A stretch of DNA of 64,000 bases. Source: a virus. Taxonomy: Duplodnaviria > Heunggongvirae > Uroviricota > Caudoviricetes. The position numbers were made by a program, and so were the translations under genes. The notes below the pieces were generated by a model, which saw only the letters and a list, made by a program, of their open reading frames with translations, made no database searches and was not told where the DNA came from. The stretch spans positions 41,848-105,847 of IMG/VR virus record IMGVR_UViG_3300020048_000021; one strand, written 5' to 3'. Positions 26,301 through 35,064 of this stretch are shown piece by piece (positions within the stretch are counted from its first letter, which is position 1; each line of letters begins with the position of its first letter).

Positions 26301-27686
26301 ATGAAAATTAATGATCTATTACAAGAAAGTTTTTGGTCCGATATTAAGAGTGGGTCTAAGCGCCTGGTCTCTTATTTCTCTAAAGTATTCAGCAAACTTC
26401 AATTTGGACAAGAGGTAGAAATAAATTTGGCTGACTATTTATCATCATCATCTTCATCGTTAGATGAAGCAAAAAAGAAAGATCGAGAAGTTTTTAATTT
26501 AACCGCAATGATAGGCTACTACAATGAGTATTGTGTCGGCTGGAAGCTGGCTTATGGATTAGAACATAACGGAATCAAAATTAAAACAAATGTCTCTGAG
26601 GGATTAAAGCAATTTGCTGACGATTATCGCTCTTACATTGTAGACAATATATTAAAGTTTAAAGCAAGTACACCAGAACAAGTTTTTGCTGAATTGAAAA
26701 GAGCCGAAGAGGGCGGTGAAATTATGGCAAAGAAGATATGGGATGAAATTCGTGATGATCATGATTTCAAACTAATCGAAGTTGAAGTACATTTAACTGG
26801 AAGTATTGTTGATAAAGATGCACCACGTTCTGAAAAGGGCAAAGAAGATGTTAAGATAACTATTAGAAAGTTAGATACAGAAGAAGTGCTAGAAGAAATA
26901 AAAGCCAGTTTAAAACTTTACAAAAGTTCTAGTGGCGTTAATATATATAATGCTACTTTTGCCTCTTATCTAATGACAGTTATAACTGGTACAGAAGATC
27001 CTCCTACTGGTAAAAAAGCAATTGAGGAATTTTTAAAAAACGCTCCTCAGTTTCGTGAAGACATTGAAACAGTACTATCTATTACTGACAAATGGCTTAC
27101 AATAAAAAATGATGCTAAGAAAAATAATGATCCAGAGTATAGAAAAAAGGCTAATCAATATATCACTCAAAATCGTGGATATCAACAAATGAGAGATTTA
27201 TTGTTTAACAAAATTTTTAAGTATTATTATGCTATTGATAAAGCAGGAATCAATAACAGAATTCTAAAACGTCTTGGATTAGACGGAGCTGATGACGTAT
27301 ATCTATTGGTAGGTAGTGATCGTGAAAAAATGATAGCCGTAAGTAGTAGAACAAGCGAGGCATTTAAACACGTTTATGAAGAATTTAAGAAAGAATTCAA
27401 CGTTAGATTTGAATTTCCAGATGATGCTGAAATTGTAAATTGTACAATGATACTTGAAAGTGAATCTGGAGAAGTTCTTGCCAGAGTTGGAATGTCATTT
27501 AAAGAAGGTGGAACATTCCCACATCAGTGGAATATGACAAACATTGTTAAGTCTGATAAAAAGAAAAATAAATCAACTCCGAGTGATGCTGAAATAGAAA
27601 AGACCAAAAAATCGAATATCACAAACATATTCAAAAAATCAACAGATTCCCCTGAAATTTCTCTAGACAGAGGAACCAGAGATTGA
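26301..27686 (+). CDS. hypothetical protein, putative PD-(D/E)xK restriction-endonuclease-like fold, CTS-like N-terminus
   Basis: N-helix E (YYNEY), GKEDV...KASLKLY spacing typical of D..(E/S)xK nucleases; weak assignment. Confidence 0.45.
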   Translation: MKINDLLQESFWSDIKSGSKRLVSYFSKVFSKLQFGQEVEINLADYLSSSSSSLDEAKKKDREVFNLTAMIGYYNEYCVGWKLAYGLEHNGIKIKTNVSEGLKQFADDYRSYIVDNILKFKASTPEQVFAELKRAEEGGEIMAKKIWDEIRDDHDFKLIEVEVHLTGSIVDKDAPRSEKGKEDVKITIRKLDTEEVLEEIKASLKLYKSSSGVNIYNATFASYLMTVITGTEDPPTGKKAIEEFLKNAPQFREDIETVLSITDKWLTIKNDAKKNNDPEYRKKANQYITQNRGYQQMRDLLFNKIFKYYYAIDKAGINNRILKRLGLDGADDVYLLVGSDREKMIAVSSRTSEAFKHVYEEFKKEFNVRFEFPDDAEIVNCTMILESESGEVLARVGMSFKEGGTFPHQWNMTNIVKSDKKKNKSTPSDAEIEKTKKSNITNIFKKSTDSPEISLDRGTRD

Positions 27687-27688
27687 TC

Positions 27689-27716
27689 AAAAAAACGACA
27701 GAAATGTCGTTTTTTT
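27689..27716. terminator. bidirectional Rho-independent terminator
   Basis: A7-CGACA-gaaa-TGTCG-T7. Confidence 0.85.
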
Positions 27717-27717
27717 A

Positions 27718-27735
27718 TGTTGTATAAAAACAACA
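27718..27735. promoter_or_regulatory. inverted-repeat operator-like site TGTTG-N8-CAACA
   Basis: Lies 7 nt upstream of the -35 box at 27743. Confidence 0.5.
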
Positions 27736-27742
27736 CAATTCT

Positions 27743-27771
27743 TTGACATTTAATCCATTTTCGTGTAAAAT
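27743..27771 (+). promoter_or_regulatory. sigma70-type promoter
   Basis: TTGACA-N17-TAAAAT. Confidence 0.75.
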
Positions 27772-27805
27772 GTACACATACACTGAAGAAAGAGAGAAAA
27801 GAAAA

Positions 27806-28453
27806 ATGGCTCGTTACACTAAAAAAGCAGTAAAAATGTATTCGACTGATTTAGTATTTGCTGCTGCTGCTACTGCCGATCGCATTAACGGCGGAGAATA
27901 CATCAAAGTCACAGATTTCAATCCAGCTAAAATTACTAATAAATTATTAGTAAGTCAAATTCTGAATGGCGAATTTGAAATTACCGAAGATGATCATGCT
28001 AAAGGCAATTTAGTACGTGCCCATTTCAAGGGTTTGTTGCTCAAAGTGTTAAAGGGCGATGTTCTCAATGAATTTGATGCTCAGTCATTATCATTAGCGT
28101 CAGCCGATGAAATGACAGAAAATAAAATTGCCTTTGTTTCTTGTCTTCCAAGTGCATTTGCCCGTTCACAAGTTCGCCGTTCTGTTGATGAGCGTCTTTC
28201 GGATTGTGAACGTCAATATGTTGGCGATATTGGGTCTAAAGTTACTCTTAGCGTCGAAATCGTCAAATGTTTCTATTCTCAGAATTATGGCTGCCATTTT
28301 ATCAGCGGAATTACTAAAGAAAATTTAGCAATGTCATTTGCTTATGCTAAACCCCCGACTTTTAAATTGGGCGATACTGTCAATTTGACTGGGAAAGTCA
28401 AGGCTCATCGTGATGGATTTGTGTCTCAATTAAACTACACTAAAATCCAGTAA
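27806..28453 (+). CDS. hypothetical early protein with C-terminal OB-fold-like segment (start moved from 27743 to ATG 27806)
   Basis: Track start is the TTG of the -35 box; C-terminus YVGDIGSKVTLSVEI...VNLTGKVKAH...QLNY. Confidence 0.7.
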   Translation: MARYTKKAVKMYSTDLVFAAAATADRINGGEYIKVTDFNPAKITNKLLVSQILNGEFEITEDDHAKGNLVRAHFKGLLLKVLKGDVLNEFDAQSLSLASADEMTENKIAFVSCLPSAFARSQVRRSVDERLSDCERQYVGDIGSKVTLSVEIVKCFYSQNYGCHFISGITKENLAMSFAYAKPPTFKLGDTVNLTGKVKAHRDGFVSQLNYTKIQ

Positions 28454-28455
28454 AT

Positions 28456-28484
28456 TTGACAATAAATGGCTATAGTGCTATAAT
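28456..28484 (+). promoter_or_regulatory. consensus sigma70 promoter with extended -10
   Basis: TTGACA-N17-TATAAT with TGn before the -10 box. Confidence 0.88.
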
Positions 28485-28516
28485 AGTTATATTGAATCAA
28501 TAAAAAAGGAATATAC

Positions 28517-29557
28517 ATGGCTACATCAATTCGTGTTTCTCGTGGGTCTTACAAAGATGTGTCGATTGACAACATGGTTTTTACTCTTGCTCGTCCGATT
28601 GAGTCAAGCAAAGATGGACGACTTCAAGTAAAAAATAACGGTCAACTTCCGACTAAAGCAAAACAAGTATATATTGACTCTGACGATTTTGAAGTGTTAC
28701 AAACTGGTCGTCAAACTCAAGTTTCAAATTTCGTAGTACAGCCCGAATTGACAATCCCAGAAGTTCCAGTCGAAACTGATGCCGAAGCCATGGCTCGTAT
28801 TCGCACTCGCTTTGCTATTCTTGATGAAATGTCTATGGCATGTATCAACAGCGACATTCGTGCCTTGATTGTTTCGGGTCCACCCGGAGTTGGAAAATCA
28901 CACGGTGTAGAATTTCAATTGGAAAAATATAGCACGTTTGATCGTCTTGCTGGCAAGAAAATTCGTTACGAGATTATCAAGGGTGCTATGTCGGCGCTTG
29001 GATTGTATTCTACTCTGTACAAGTTTAGCGATGCTAAAAATGTGTTAGTGTTCGATGACTGTGATATTTTTCATGACGAGGATGCTCTTAACATTCTCAA
29101 AGCCGCTCTCGATAGTGGCAAACGTCGTCGCATTTTCTGGAATACTGACAGTCGTAAACTTCGCGACGAAGGAATTCCAAATTACTTCGACTTCAAGGGC
29201 AGCGTGATTTTTATTACTAACTTGAATTTCAGCAATTCTCGTGGTAAAATTGCTGCTCACGTTGATGCTCTTCAGTCACGTTGTCACTACTTGGATTTGA
29301 CTATCAATACTGAGCGTGATGCCATGTTACGGGTTCGTCAGGTTCATCTTGATTCTTCTGATACTGGTGGCTTGTTCAAAGATTACGATTTTGAGAATCA
29401 AGAAGGCGAATTGATTCTTGATTATATGTGGGACAATCGCACGAAATTAAGCGAAGTGTCAATGCGTATGGCTCTCAAGATTGCCGATCTGGTACGTGTC
29501 AATTCAAAAAACTGGCGTGTTCTTACCGAAAATACTTGTTTCAAAGTTAAACGCTAA
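28517..29557 (+). CDS. AAA+ ATPase
   Basis: Walker A GPPGVGKS, Walker B VFDDCD, IFITN, ALQSR. Confidence 0.85.
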   Translation: MATSIRVSRGSYKDVSIDNMVFTLARPIESSKDGRLQVKNNGQLPTKAKQVYIDSDDFEVLQTGRQTQVSNFVVQPELTIPEVPVETDAEAMARIRTRFAILDEMSMACINSDIRALIVSGPPGVGKSHGVEFQLEKYSTFDRLAGKKIRYEIIKGAMSALGLYSTLYKFSDAKNVLVFDDCDIFHDEDALNILKAALDSGKRRRIFWNTDSRKLRDEGIPNYFDFKGSVIFITNLNFSNSRGKIAAHVDALQSRCHYLDLTINTERDAMLRVRQVHLDSSDTGGLFKDYDFENQEGELILDYMWDNRTKLSEVSMRMALKIADLVRVNSKNWRVLTENTCFKVKR

Positions 29558-29571
29558 TTTGTTCAAGTGTC

Positions 29572-29598
29572 AAAAAAACCCACTTCGGTGGGTTTTTT
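29572..29598 (+). terminator. Rho-independent terminator with C(UUCG)G tetraloop
   Basis: A7-CCCAC-ttcg-GTGGG-T6. Confidence 0.9.
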
Positions 29599-29612
29599 GT
29601 TGTCCTCAATAC

Positions 29613-29642
29613 TTGACTATCATTTAATAATTATAGTATAAT
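29613..29642 (+). promoter_or_regulatory. sigma70-type promoter
   Basis: TTGACT-N18-TATAAT. Confidence 0.7.
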
Positions 29643-29648
29643 CATTGA

Positions 29649-31106
29649 ATGAAACAATGTAAATTAATTATTAATGATGAAGTCAATGTAAAGATAGAAA
29701 ATTTAGAAGTCAGTGACAGACGAGCTTTGGTTAAGATGTTTGAATATGAAAAACCGGGAGCCAGATACATGCCCGCTGTCAGATTGGGTAGATGGAATGG
29801 AAAAGTTGCTTACTTTCAATTAAGTGGATCAACCTATATCAATCTATTGCCAGAAATACTTCCATATTTAGATGAACATGGGTACGATGTTGAATTGATC
29901 GACAATCGTGAATACAAGACTCAGTTTGATTTCTCCCAAGTAGACGAGAACTACTTTGAGGGCAAAACATGGCCAGTGGGTCATGAACGAGAGGGTCAGC
30001 CTATCATTCTACGTGACTATCAGATCAAGGTAGTCAATGATTTCTTTCAGAACCCACAAAGTATTCAAGAGGTTGCTACTGGCGCAGGTAAGACCATTAC
30101 ATCAGCGGTACTATCAAAGTCAGTTGAGCCATATGGTCGCTCTATCATAATCGTACCTAACAAGTCGCTAGTGGGTGCTACTGAGGCTGACTACATAAAT
30201 GTGGGCTTAGACGTAGGTGTGTACTTTGGTGATCGTAAAGAATTCAACAAGCAACATACAGTGTGTACATGGCAAAGTCTGAACAACATGCTCAAGAACA
30301 CCAAGAACGGCGTGGCAGATGTAACCATTCAAGAGTTTATCGAAGACGTGGTTATGGTTCTAGTGGATGAGGTACACGGCGCCAAGGCAGAAGCACTCAA
30401 AGAATTACTGGGCGGAGTAATGGCTCGAATTCCTATTCGCTGGGGCTTTACTGGAACCATTCCTAAAGATAAGTTCGCGTTCTCAGCACTGTTGGTCAAT
30501 CTTGGTCCAGTAACCAATCATCTTACTGCAAGTGAACTACAGGACAAGGAAGTGTTGGCTCGTTGTCATGTGAACATTGTACAACTACAAGATGGTGTAG
30601 AACTAGAGAACTATCAAAGCGAACTCAAACACTTATTGGGTGATAAGAAACGTCTAGATGAACTGGGCAAGATCATTGATAAGGTTGCAGAAACTGGAAA
30701 TACACTCATACTTGTTGATCGTGTGGCGGCAGGACATGAACTAGCAGCAAGAGTCAAGAACTCAGTATTCTTAAGCGGCAAAGATAAAGTCAAAGATCGT
30801 GACATAGAGTACAAAGAAGTAGCCATTACTGACGATAAAGTCATTATAGCTACTTACGGTATTGCCGCCGTTGGTCTGAACATACCACGAATCTTCAACT
30901 TAGTAATGATTGAGCCTGGAAAAGGATTCACTCGTGTAATTCAGTCAATTGGTCGTGGCATTCGTAAAGCTGAAGACAAGGACTTTGTTCAAATATGGGA
31001 TCTGACCTCATCTTGTAGATTTGCCAAACGACATTTGACAGTAAGAAAGTCATTCTATCGTGAAGCAAACTATCCATTTAGTATTGCTAAACATACCTAT
31101 AAGTGA
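29649..31106 (+). CDS. uvsW: SF2 DNA helicase
   Basis: LRDYQ, ATGAGKT, VDEVH, GFTGT, QSIGRGIR. Confidence 0.9.
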   Translation: MKQCKLIINDEVNVKIENLEVSDRRALVKMFEYEKPGARYMPAVRLGRWNGKVAYFQLSGSTYINLLPEILPYLDEHGYDVELIDNREYKTQFDFSQVDENYFEGKTWPVGHEREGQPIILRDYQIKVVNDFFQNPQSIQEVATGAGKTITSAVLSKSVEPYGRSIIIVPNKSLVGATEADYINVGLDVGVYFGDRKEFNKQHTVCTWQSLNNMLKNTKNGVADVTIQEFIEDVVMVLVDEVHGAKAEALKELLGGVMARIPIRWGFTGTIPKDKFAFSALLVNLGPVTNHLTASELQDKEVLARCHVNIVQLQDGVELENYQSELKHLLGDKKRLDELGKIIDKVAETGNTLILVDRVAAGHELAARVKNSVFLSGKDKVKDRDIEYKEVAITDDKVIIATYGIAAVGLNIPRIFNLVMIEPGKGFTRVIQSIGRGIRKAEDKDFVQIWDLTSSCRFAKRHLTVRKSFYREANYPFSIAKHTYK

Positions 31107-31118
31107 TATAATAACATT

Positions 31119-31622
31119 ATGAAAATACTCACGCTTGACAATAATTCCACATATAATCTAGAAAATCTCCCAGAAGAGATAGATGATTTACGATTTGCTA
31201 TACTGGATAATAGTAATCCGCAAAATGTAGACTATCATTATATTCCACTTATATTTTTGGAAAGTTTTAACAGTCCAGCTCTTGTATTACGAATTGGTGA
31301 TGCTCAAATTAAGATGCCGTTAGATTGGCAAATACTTATTGGTGAACCTGACATGGGAGATTTAGAAACACTTCCATTAACCTCTATCAATGATCGTGGA
31401 TTTTGTGCTTTTGAATTCAATCCACTTAGCAGTTTTAAACCGTCATTTCTTGACATTGAAATTTTAGATGTGTATCATGACGTTACGTGGTTTGCTCCTA
31501 GATTGAAGAACGGTCAATTTCTATGTGTTCCAATCGACGACGGAGATAGACCAAGATGTATCTATTTCGTAAAAGAAATCAGTAGAAATTGCGAAGTAGT
31601 GGACTATTCTCAGGCGTTCTAA
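31119..31622 (+). CDS. hypothetical protein
   Basis: 167-aa ORF within the replication cluster. Confidence 0.75.
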   Translation: MKILTLDNNSTYNLENLPEEIDDLRFAILDNSNPQNVDYHYIPLIFLESFNSPALVLRIGDAQIKMPLDWQILIGEPDMGDLETLPLTSINDRGFCAFEFNPLSSFKPSFLDIEILDVYHDVTWFAPRLKNGQFLCVPIDDGDRPRCIYFVKEISRNCEVVDYSQAF

Positions 31623-31886
31623 ATGTATTGGAAAGATAAACTATACGTTATGTGGATTGATGTAGATCAAGCTGCTAGAATAGATTGGGCAATGATAAAT
31701 GATAATCCAACCTTAACTCTAGAACATTCGATTGAATATTGGTCTGATCGCACCAGTAAATTCTTACTCAAGCACAACGCACGATACGGTGAAAAGAAAA
31801 TATCATACAACCCATATGTGTGGAGCAGAGAACTTATATTCAACACAGAACAAGATGCAATTATTTTTATATTAAAGGTATTATAA
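31623..31886 (+). CDS. hypothetical protein
   Basis: 87 aa, abuts both neighbours. Confidence 0.6.
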   Translation: MYWKDKLYVMWIDVDQAARIDWAMINDNPTLTLEHSIEYWSDRTSKFLLKHNARYGEKKISYNPYVWSRELIFNTEQDAIIFILKVL

Positions 31887-32473
31887 TGGCAACCAGAAAA
31901 TCAGCAGTATCAGTAGATGAAAAGTTCACAAATCAAGACCTTGACTTGTTTACAGCGTTGGCTCAAATTGATGCTAAGAATTATAATTGGTTTTCAGAAC
32001 TAACCGACGAACAGAAGAAAAAGTTTGTTCCATATATGATGGTTCACTGGATGTCATCTGTTAAGAAATCTGGACCAGTTGGTGCGTACTATGTAATGAG
32101 TGTCGATCATTGTGCTAATAAATATATGTTCAATGAATCAGTTCAAGATCATCCTGAACTTCAATGGCTTATGTTATGTGCCTCAAGTCCAGGAATAGGA
32201 AAGCAATTACATACATGGCTCCCACATTTAAAAGATAAAGTAACTAAATTAAAAGAACGAGCACAAAAAAAGGATGTCAAAGATTATTTTTCTAAGATAA
32301 TCAAACAAGAAACTGAATCTACTATACAAGCAGAAACATTTACTAAATCTCAGCATCATTGTTATAACTTAGCAAAATTATATCCTAATATGAAACTCGA
32401 CGATATTAAACTGTTGAGCGAATTAGTTACTGAAGAGGACATTAAACAATATGAAAAAGATAGCGGAAACTAA
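31886..32473 (+). CDS. clamp-loader small subunit-like (T4 gp62-like); start moved to ATG 31886
   Basis: LFTALAQID.KNYNWF...KKFVPYMMVHWMS; TAATG overlap. Confidence 0.6.
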   Translation: MATRKSAVSVDEKFTNQDLDLFTALAQIDAKNYNWFSELTDEQKKKFVPYMMVHWMSSVKKSGPVGAYYVMSVDHCANKYMFNESVQDHPELQWLMLCASSPGIGKQLHTWLPHLKDKVTKLKERAQKKDVKDYFSKIIKQETESTIQAETFTKSQHHCYNLAKLYPNMKLDDIKLLSELVTEEDIKQYEKDSGN

Positions 32474-33155
32474 TACAGAAGAACTTAGCTGTGATCATTG
32501 TAAGCGATCTTTCGTTAGACCTGGAAGTTTGCTTAAACATTTATGTGAGCCTAAGCGCCGCTGGATGGACAAAGATAGACCAGCGAATAGAATTGCCTTT
32601 AATTCTTGGATAAAATTTTATCAGTCAATGCAACCAAAACGAAAGAAACTGGCATATTCGGATTTCTCTAGTAGTCCATATTACATTGGATTTGTAAAGT
32701 ACGGAACATATTGCGTAGAAGCTGGAGTAGTAAACCCATCTAATTATATAGATCATTTGCTCAAAGAAAGAGTATCGCTTGACAATTGGACTAGTGATTC
32801 AGTTTATTCTAAGTACTTGATACAGTATCTTCGTAGTGAAAATGAACTAGATGCTATTCATCGTAGCGTAGAAAATATGATGAGAATTGCAGAACTAGAG
32901 TCAATTGAATTACGAGATGTATTTAGATATGTTAGTAGCAATAAAATCTGTCAGCTAATATGTAATGGGAAAATAAGCCCATGGATATTATATCAGAGTA
33001 ACACTGGTCAGGAATTTTTAAGCAAACTTAACGACGATCAGCGTGGCATAATTTATGAGTATATTGATCCAGAAAGATGGAACATTAAATTCAAACGAGA
33101 AAAAGAAGAAGTTAAAATGGTAAATTCAATTATTTCTGAGATCGGTGGACTATGA
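32451..33155 (+). CDS. hypothetical protein with N-terminal Zn-finger-like motif
   Basis: CDHC...KHLC. Confidence 0.7.
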   Translation: MKKIAETNTEELSCDHCKRSFVRPGSLLKHLCEPKRRWMDKDRPANRIAFNSWIKFYQSMQPKRKKLAYSDFSSSPYYIGFVKYGTYCVEAGVVNPSNYIDHLLKERVSLDNWTSDSVYSKYLIQYLRSENELDAIHRSVENMMRIAELESIELRDVFRYVSSNKICQLICNGKISPWILYQSNTGQEFLSKLNDDQRGIIYEYIDPERWNIKFKREKEEVKMVNSIISEIGGL

Positions 33156-33757
33156 GCGAGAAATTTGTCAGTGACGTTGATATCGATTTTGGAGACAGAA
33201 CTCAGCTTTTAAGTCTTATTAAACATGTATCTGCTTCTTTAAAATCAGGCGACAGTATTCGTCGTCACAATAGCGGAATTTATGTAACAGATGTTCCATA
33301 TGATCCAGAGCATGACATGGCATCAATATTATATGGAGAAGCTGAAGAACGTGGATACATTAAACTAGATATACTTAATGTATGGTTATATAAACTTATT
33401 CGTGATGAATCTCATTTAATTGAATTGATGAAAGAACCCAATTGGTCATTGTTACAAGATCGAGAATTCTTTGAAAAATTAGTTCAAATTGGAAATCATT
33501 ATCATACTATGGTAAAGATGAATGAGCCAATCGATAGTATACCAAGACTGGCAATGTTCATAAGTGTGATTAGACCAGGAAAATATCATTTGATTGGTAA
33601 AAGTTGGAAAGAAGTAGGTGAAAGTATTTGGAAGAAAGACGATACTGGCTATAGTTTTAAAAAGTCACATGCAATTGCGTATGCTCATTTGGTCGTTACT
33701 CATATTAATCTGTTAGCTGAAAATCCAGAAGCGTGTCAGATTATGTCATTCTCTTAA
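33152..33757 (+). CDS. dnaE: minimal DNA polymerase III alpha (DnaE) catalytic-core homolog, 201 aa
   Basis: SDVDIDF (DxD), RHNSGIY, GYIKLDIL (third Asp), IRPG, FKKSHAIAYA. Confidence 0.8.
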   Translation: MSEKFVSDVDIDFGDRTQLLSLIKHVSASLKSGDSIRRHNSGIYVTDVPYDPEHDMASILYGEAEERGYIKLDILNVWLYKLIRDESHLIELMKEPNWSLLQDREFFEKLVQIGNHYHTMVKMNEPIDSIPRLAMFISVIRPGKYHLIGKSWKEVGESIWKKDDTGYSFKKSHAIAYAHLVVTHINLLAENPEACQIMSFS

Positions 33758-34118
33758 CTAACGTAATACTTCTACGCTTAACTCGCTTTTTAGATAATTC
33801 GTTCATACTAGTACATGGCCCGTGAAGTATTTCTAGACTCTTATTATTAAATGTTTTTAAATATGGTTTAAACATTACCCAGTCGTTTCTTAAAAATATA
33901 TTGATTGGTATAAGTCTATTGCTTTCCCACCACCAATTGTCTCCTAGTTCAAGAAATAGATTCTTTAGCTCTAATTCAACTATGCTACCATAATCATAGA
34001 AAGTGGTAATAAAGTCATCACGATTTTGTATGATGCCTATATATTCAGCACTCGCGTACGAGCATACGGTGATGAATGGGTGATTCTGCGTTAATTGATG
34101 AAAGAAGTCATTTGTCAT
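33741..34118 (-). CDS. hypothetical protein; the only convincing minus-strand gene
   Basis: 125 aa, fills an otherwise empty gap, has its own minus-strand late promoter. Confidence 0.75.
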   Translation of the reverse strand: MTNDFFHQLTQNHPFITVCSYASAEYIGIIQNRDDFITTFYDYGSIVELELKNLFLELGDNWWWESNRLIPINIFLRNDWVMFKPYLKTFNNKSLEILHGPCTSMNELSKKRVKRRSITLVKRMT

Positions 34119-34139
34119 ATATGATAAATATTATGAAGT

Positions 34140-34147
34140 TATTTATC
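34140..34147 (-). promoter_or_regulatory. late promoter GATAAATA (minus strand)
   Basis: TATTTATC on + strand, 21 nt before start 34118. Confidence 0.65.
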
Positions 34148-34166
34148 TATCCAAATTCTGTACTAA

Positions 34167-34174
34167 GATAAATA
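34167..34174 (+). promoter_or_regulatory. late promoter GATAAATA
   Basis: Upstream of GTG 34194, divergent from the minus-strand promoter. Confidence 0.65.
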
Positions 34175-34193
34175 TTATAACAAGGATCACAAT

Positions 34194-34991
34194 GTGACTG
34201 CCCAAACCAATGTTTACTTATACAATCAAAGACAGTGGGTTGTTTTACTAACCACCGCCACCACGCCCATAGGAGCTTACGAAAAAGTGTATGCAAAAAA
34301 TCTAACAATTAGTAGAGGTGTTGATAACATTCTTGAATTTTCTTTCATTAATCAAAATCAAAAGCCCGTGGATATTAGCGGAAAAAACATTACCTGTAGA
34401 ATTTTGAATTCTGATGGTACTGCTATCTTGATACAAAAAACACTTACTCCCACTTTACCTGTAACTGGTATTACCACACTACAATTAACTGCTGGCGAAA
34501 TAGAAGACATTAATAGTCAGTATTGTTATTATAGTTTAGAAATTCCAGTTGGAACATTCTCGTATCCAGTTTTTGTTAATAGTCAAGGTGGTGCTCGCGG
34601 TGTTATTGACATTGTTAATAGCGTATTGCCATCGTTTGTAGAAAGTCATAGAGTTACTATTCCTAGTCATGTTCCTCCAATGGAAAATGGTAATCCGGTT
34701 ACTTACTATAGTAGTATAATCACCGGAGCTGATGCTCCAGTATTAACAACTCAAGTATATTTGAATAATTTTACTGGAAATCTACAGATACAGGGAAGCA
34801 CCACTGGCGATTTCAGCTTTTATTATAATATCGGTGATACAACATCTTATGTCAATGACAGTACAACTCAGGGATTTAATATTTCTGGATTTCATCCATA
34901 TATTAGATTTCAAATCGTCAATGCTGGCACAGAACCGGCTAATCAGCAAAATGAACTAGATGGCGATGTTGTTGACATCCTGACAAGATAA
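34194..34991 (+). CDS. hypothetical late protein, probably virion-associated beta-sandwich
   Basis: RGVDNILEFSFINQNQKPVDIS; late promoter. Confidence 0.7.
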   Translation: MTAQTNVYLYNQRQWVVLLTTATTPIGAYEKVYAKNLTISRGVDNILEFSFINQNQKPVDISGKNITCRILNSDGTAILIQKTLTPTLPVTGITTLQLTAGEIEDINSQYCYYSLEIPVGTFSYPVFVNSQGGARGVIDIVNSVLPSFVESHRVTIPSHVPPMENGNPVTYYSSIITGADAPVLTTQVYLNNFTGNLQIQGSTTGDFSFYYNIGDTTSYVNDSTTQGFNISGFHPYIRFQIVNAGTEPANQQNELDGDVVDILTR

Positions 34992-35004
34992 ACGTCCAAA
35001 CAAC

Positions 35005-35033
35005 TTGATTAATAATTAAGATCATAGTATAAT
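35005..35033 (+). promoter_or_regulatory. sigma70-type promoter
   Basis: TTGATT-N17-TATAAT. Confidence 0.7.
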
Positions 35034-35064
35034 ATACTATGATCTTTTTTCGCGTTAACTCTCA

